Shown here: positions 30,376 to 32,000 of the stretch, piece after piece
Layout of the letters: every line of letters begins with the position of its first letter
How positions within the stretch are numbered: position 1 is the stretch's first letter
Source: Mycobacterium tuberculosis H37Rv
GTDB lineage: Bacteria; Actinomycetota; Actinomycetes; Mycobacteriales; Mycobacteriaceae
DNA: 32,000 nt
Assembly: GCF_000195955.2 (NCBI RefSeq)
Contig: NC_000962.3
Coordinates: 2,370,001-2,402,000 of the forward strand
Direction of reading: 5' to 3'
Notes under the pieces: generated by a model
The model's database searches: none
Told to the model about the DNA's origin: nothing
What the model saw: the letters and a program-made list of their open reading frames with translations, nothing else
Translations under genes and position numbers: made by a program

Positions 30376-31722
30376 CTAGCAGTGTGTCAGCAAGTGCGTT
30401 AGCACCTCGGTGCCGAACCGCAACCCATCGATGGGTACCCGCTCGTCGACGCCGTGGAACAACGAGGTGAAATCCAAGTCCGGCGGCAAGCGCAGCGGGC
30501 TGAAGCCAAAGCACCGAATACCCAAGCGCGCGAACGCCTTCGCGTCCGTTCCACCGGACAGCATGTACGGCACCGTGCGACCGTCTGGGTCGACCGCCAA
30601 CACCGCGGCGTTCATGGCGGCGACCAGATCACCGTCGAAGGTGGTCTCATATGATGGCAGATCGCTGACCCACTCCCGGGTCACGTCGGGTCCGATCAGC
30701 GCGTCGACTTCGGCCTCGAACGCCGCCCGGCGACCCGGAAGCACGCGGCAGTCCACAACTGCCTCCGCGGTCGCCGGGACGACGTTGGCCTTGTATCCGG
30801 CCTTGAGCATCGTAGGGTTCGCGGTGTCATGTAGCACTGCCTTCAACATGCGGGCCATCGGGCCAAGCTTGTCGATCGTCCCGGCCAGGTCCGGCGAGTC
30901 AAGGTCGAAGGCCAGTCCGGTCTCCTCTCCGACTACGGCCAAGAACTGGGCGACGGTGTCAGTGCAGACCAGCGGAAACTGGTGGCGCCCTAGGCGAGCG
31001 ACCGCCTCACAAACGGCGGTGACCGCGTTCTGGTCGTGCACCATCGAGCCGTGCCCAGCCCGGCCGCGTGCCGTCAGCCGCATCCACTGGATGCCCTTCT
31101 CGGCGGTTTCAATCAGGTACAGGCGACGTTCGCCACCATCGTGCCGGGGCACGGTTAGCGAGAAACCGCCGACTTCACCGATTGCCTCGGTGATGCCGTC
31201 GAACAGATCGGGCCTATTGTCGACCAGCCAGTGCGACCCGTACTTGCCGCCGTGCTCCTCGTCGGCAACGAACGCGAACACCAGATCCCGTGGCGGCACG
31301 ATAGCGGCCTGACGAAGGTGGCGGGCAACCACAATCATCATGCCCACCATGTCCTTCATGTCGACCGCGCCACGACCCCAGACGTAGCCGTCTTCGATGG
31401 CGCCGGAAAACGGGTGCACACTCCATTCGGCCGGTTCAGCCGGCACCACATCGAGATGCCCGTGGATCAGCAGCGCGCCGCGAGAACTATCGGCGCCCGC
31501 CAGCCGGGCGAACACGTTGCCGCGGCCGGGCGCACCGGATTCAACGTATTCAGGTTGGTAGCCGACTTCGGCGAGCTGCTCGGCGACCCAGCGTGCGCAC
31601 TCGGCCTCACCCTTGGTGGTCCCGGGTTCGCCACTGTTGGTGGTATCGAACCGGATTAGCCTGCTGACGACCTGGGCGACATCATCGCTGTGGTCGCTTG
31701 AAGCCCCGGTCTCATCTGTCAC
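30376..31722 (-). CDS. M20-family metallopeptidase/deacylase (DapE/ArgE/CPG2-like), 448 aa
   Basis: [41 protein letters not shown] and [17 protein letters not shown] metal-binding motifs. Corresponds to Rv2141c. Confidence 0.92.
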
Positions 31723-31783
31723 AGTCACCTTTCCTACCACTCGTAACCCTGGCGAGCCGATCGCCCCTGGCGCGCCGGGCCCG

Positions 31784-31927
31784 CGTCGTCGCCGAGCTGG
31801 ATTTGCTTACGTGGGCTGATTGCCTGGCTCCTCCTCACCCCGTTACCCGGGGCGCATCGTCGCCGAGCTCGATTTGATTGCCCGGCTCCTCCTCACCCCG
31901 TTACCCGGGGCGCATCGTCGCCGAGCT
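31784..31927. repeat. Minisatellite: 71-bp variant unit (31784-31854), 58-bp unit (31855-31912), 15-bp partial unit (31913-31927)
   Basis: catcgtcgccgagct recurs at 31855 and 31913 (58 bp). ggctcctcctcaccccgttacccggggcg recurs at 31826 and 31884 (58 bp). Consistent with the locus known as Mtub30/VNTR 2401. Confidence 0.92.
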
Positions 31928-32000
31928 AGGTTGGGCCGGTGCGGGGCAATCCGATAGCCTTAGCTGCCAGCCCCGGTGGTTGGTTGGTCCGAGTGGCGGA

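Overview
This high-GC mycobacterial segment is recognisable as the Mycobacterium tuberculosis complex chromosome, covering the interval H37Rv annotation calls prcB to Rv2141c. That assignment comes from recognising the proteins; no database search was run. Gene density is high and includes: (i) the Pup-proteasome locus (prcB partial, pup, dop, then mpa); (ii) trmI, a RecB/Cas4-like nuclease, hisG/hisE, iron-box-preceded PPE37, metH and a PAC2-family protein; (iii) a decayed PE_PGRS gene (PE_PGRS37); (iv) ansP1, an SDR oxidoreductase, mshC and cysQ; (v) an orphan VapB-like antitoxin with a truncated VapC/PIN remnant; (vi) an uppP-linked, mostly uncharacterised trio (histidine phosphatase, DUF3090-like, PI3/4-kinase-like/SCO1664 family); (vii) lppL, a small conserved-looking ORF between lppL and pyrD, pyrD, a PEBP protein and an M20 peptidase. 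Two short minisatellites (57 bp and 58 bp periods) lie in intergenic regions. I saw no CRISPR array, prophage, IS element or tRNA/rRNA. The leads most worth a second look are the three-frameshift PE domain remnant upstream of PE_PGRS37, the VapBC remnant with a paired-palindrome operator over a TATAAT box, the DUF5703-like small gene, a signal-peptide-like small ORF upstream of lppK, and the kinase-like/phosphatase/DUF3090 trio. I did not find a clearly new defence or mobile system.
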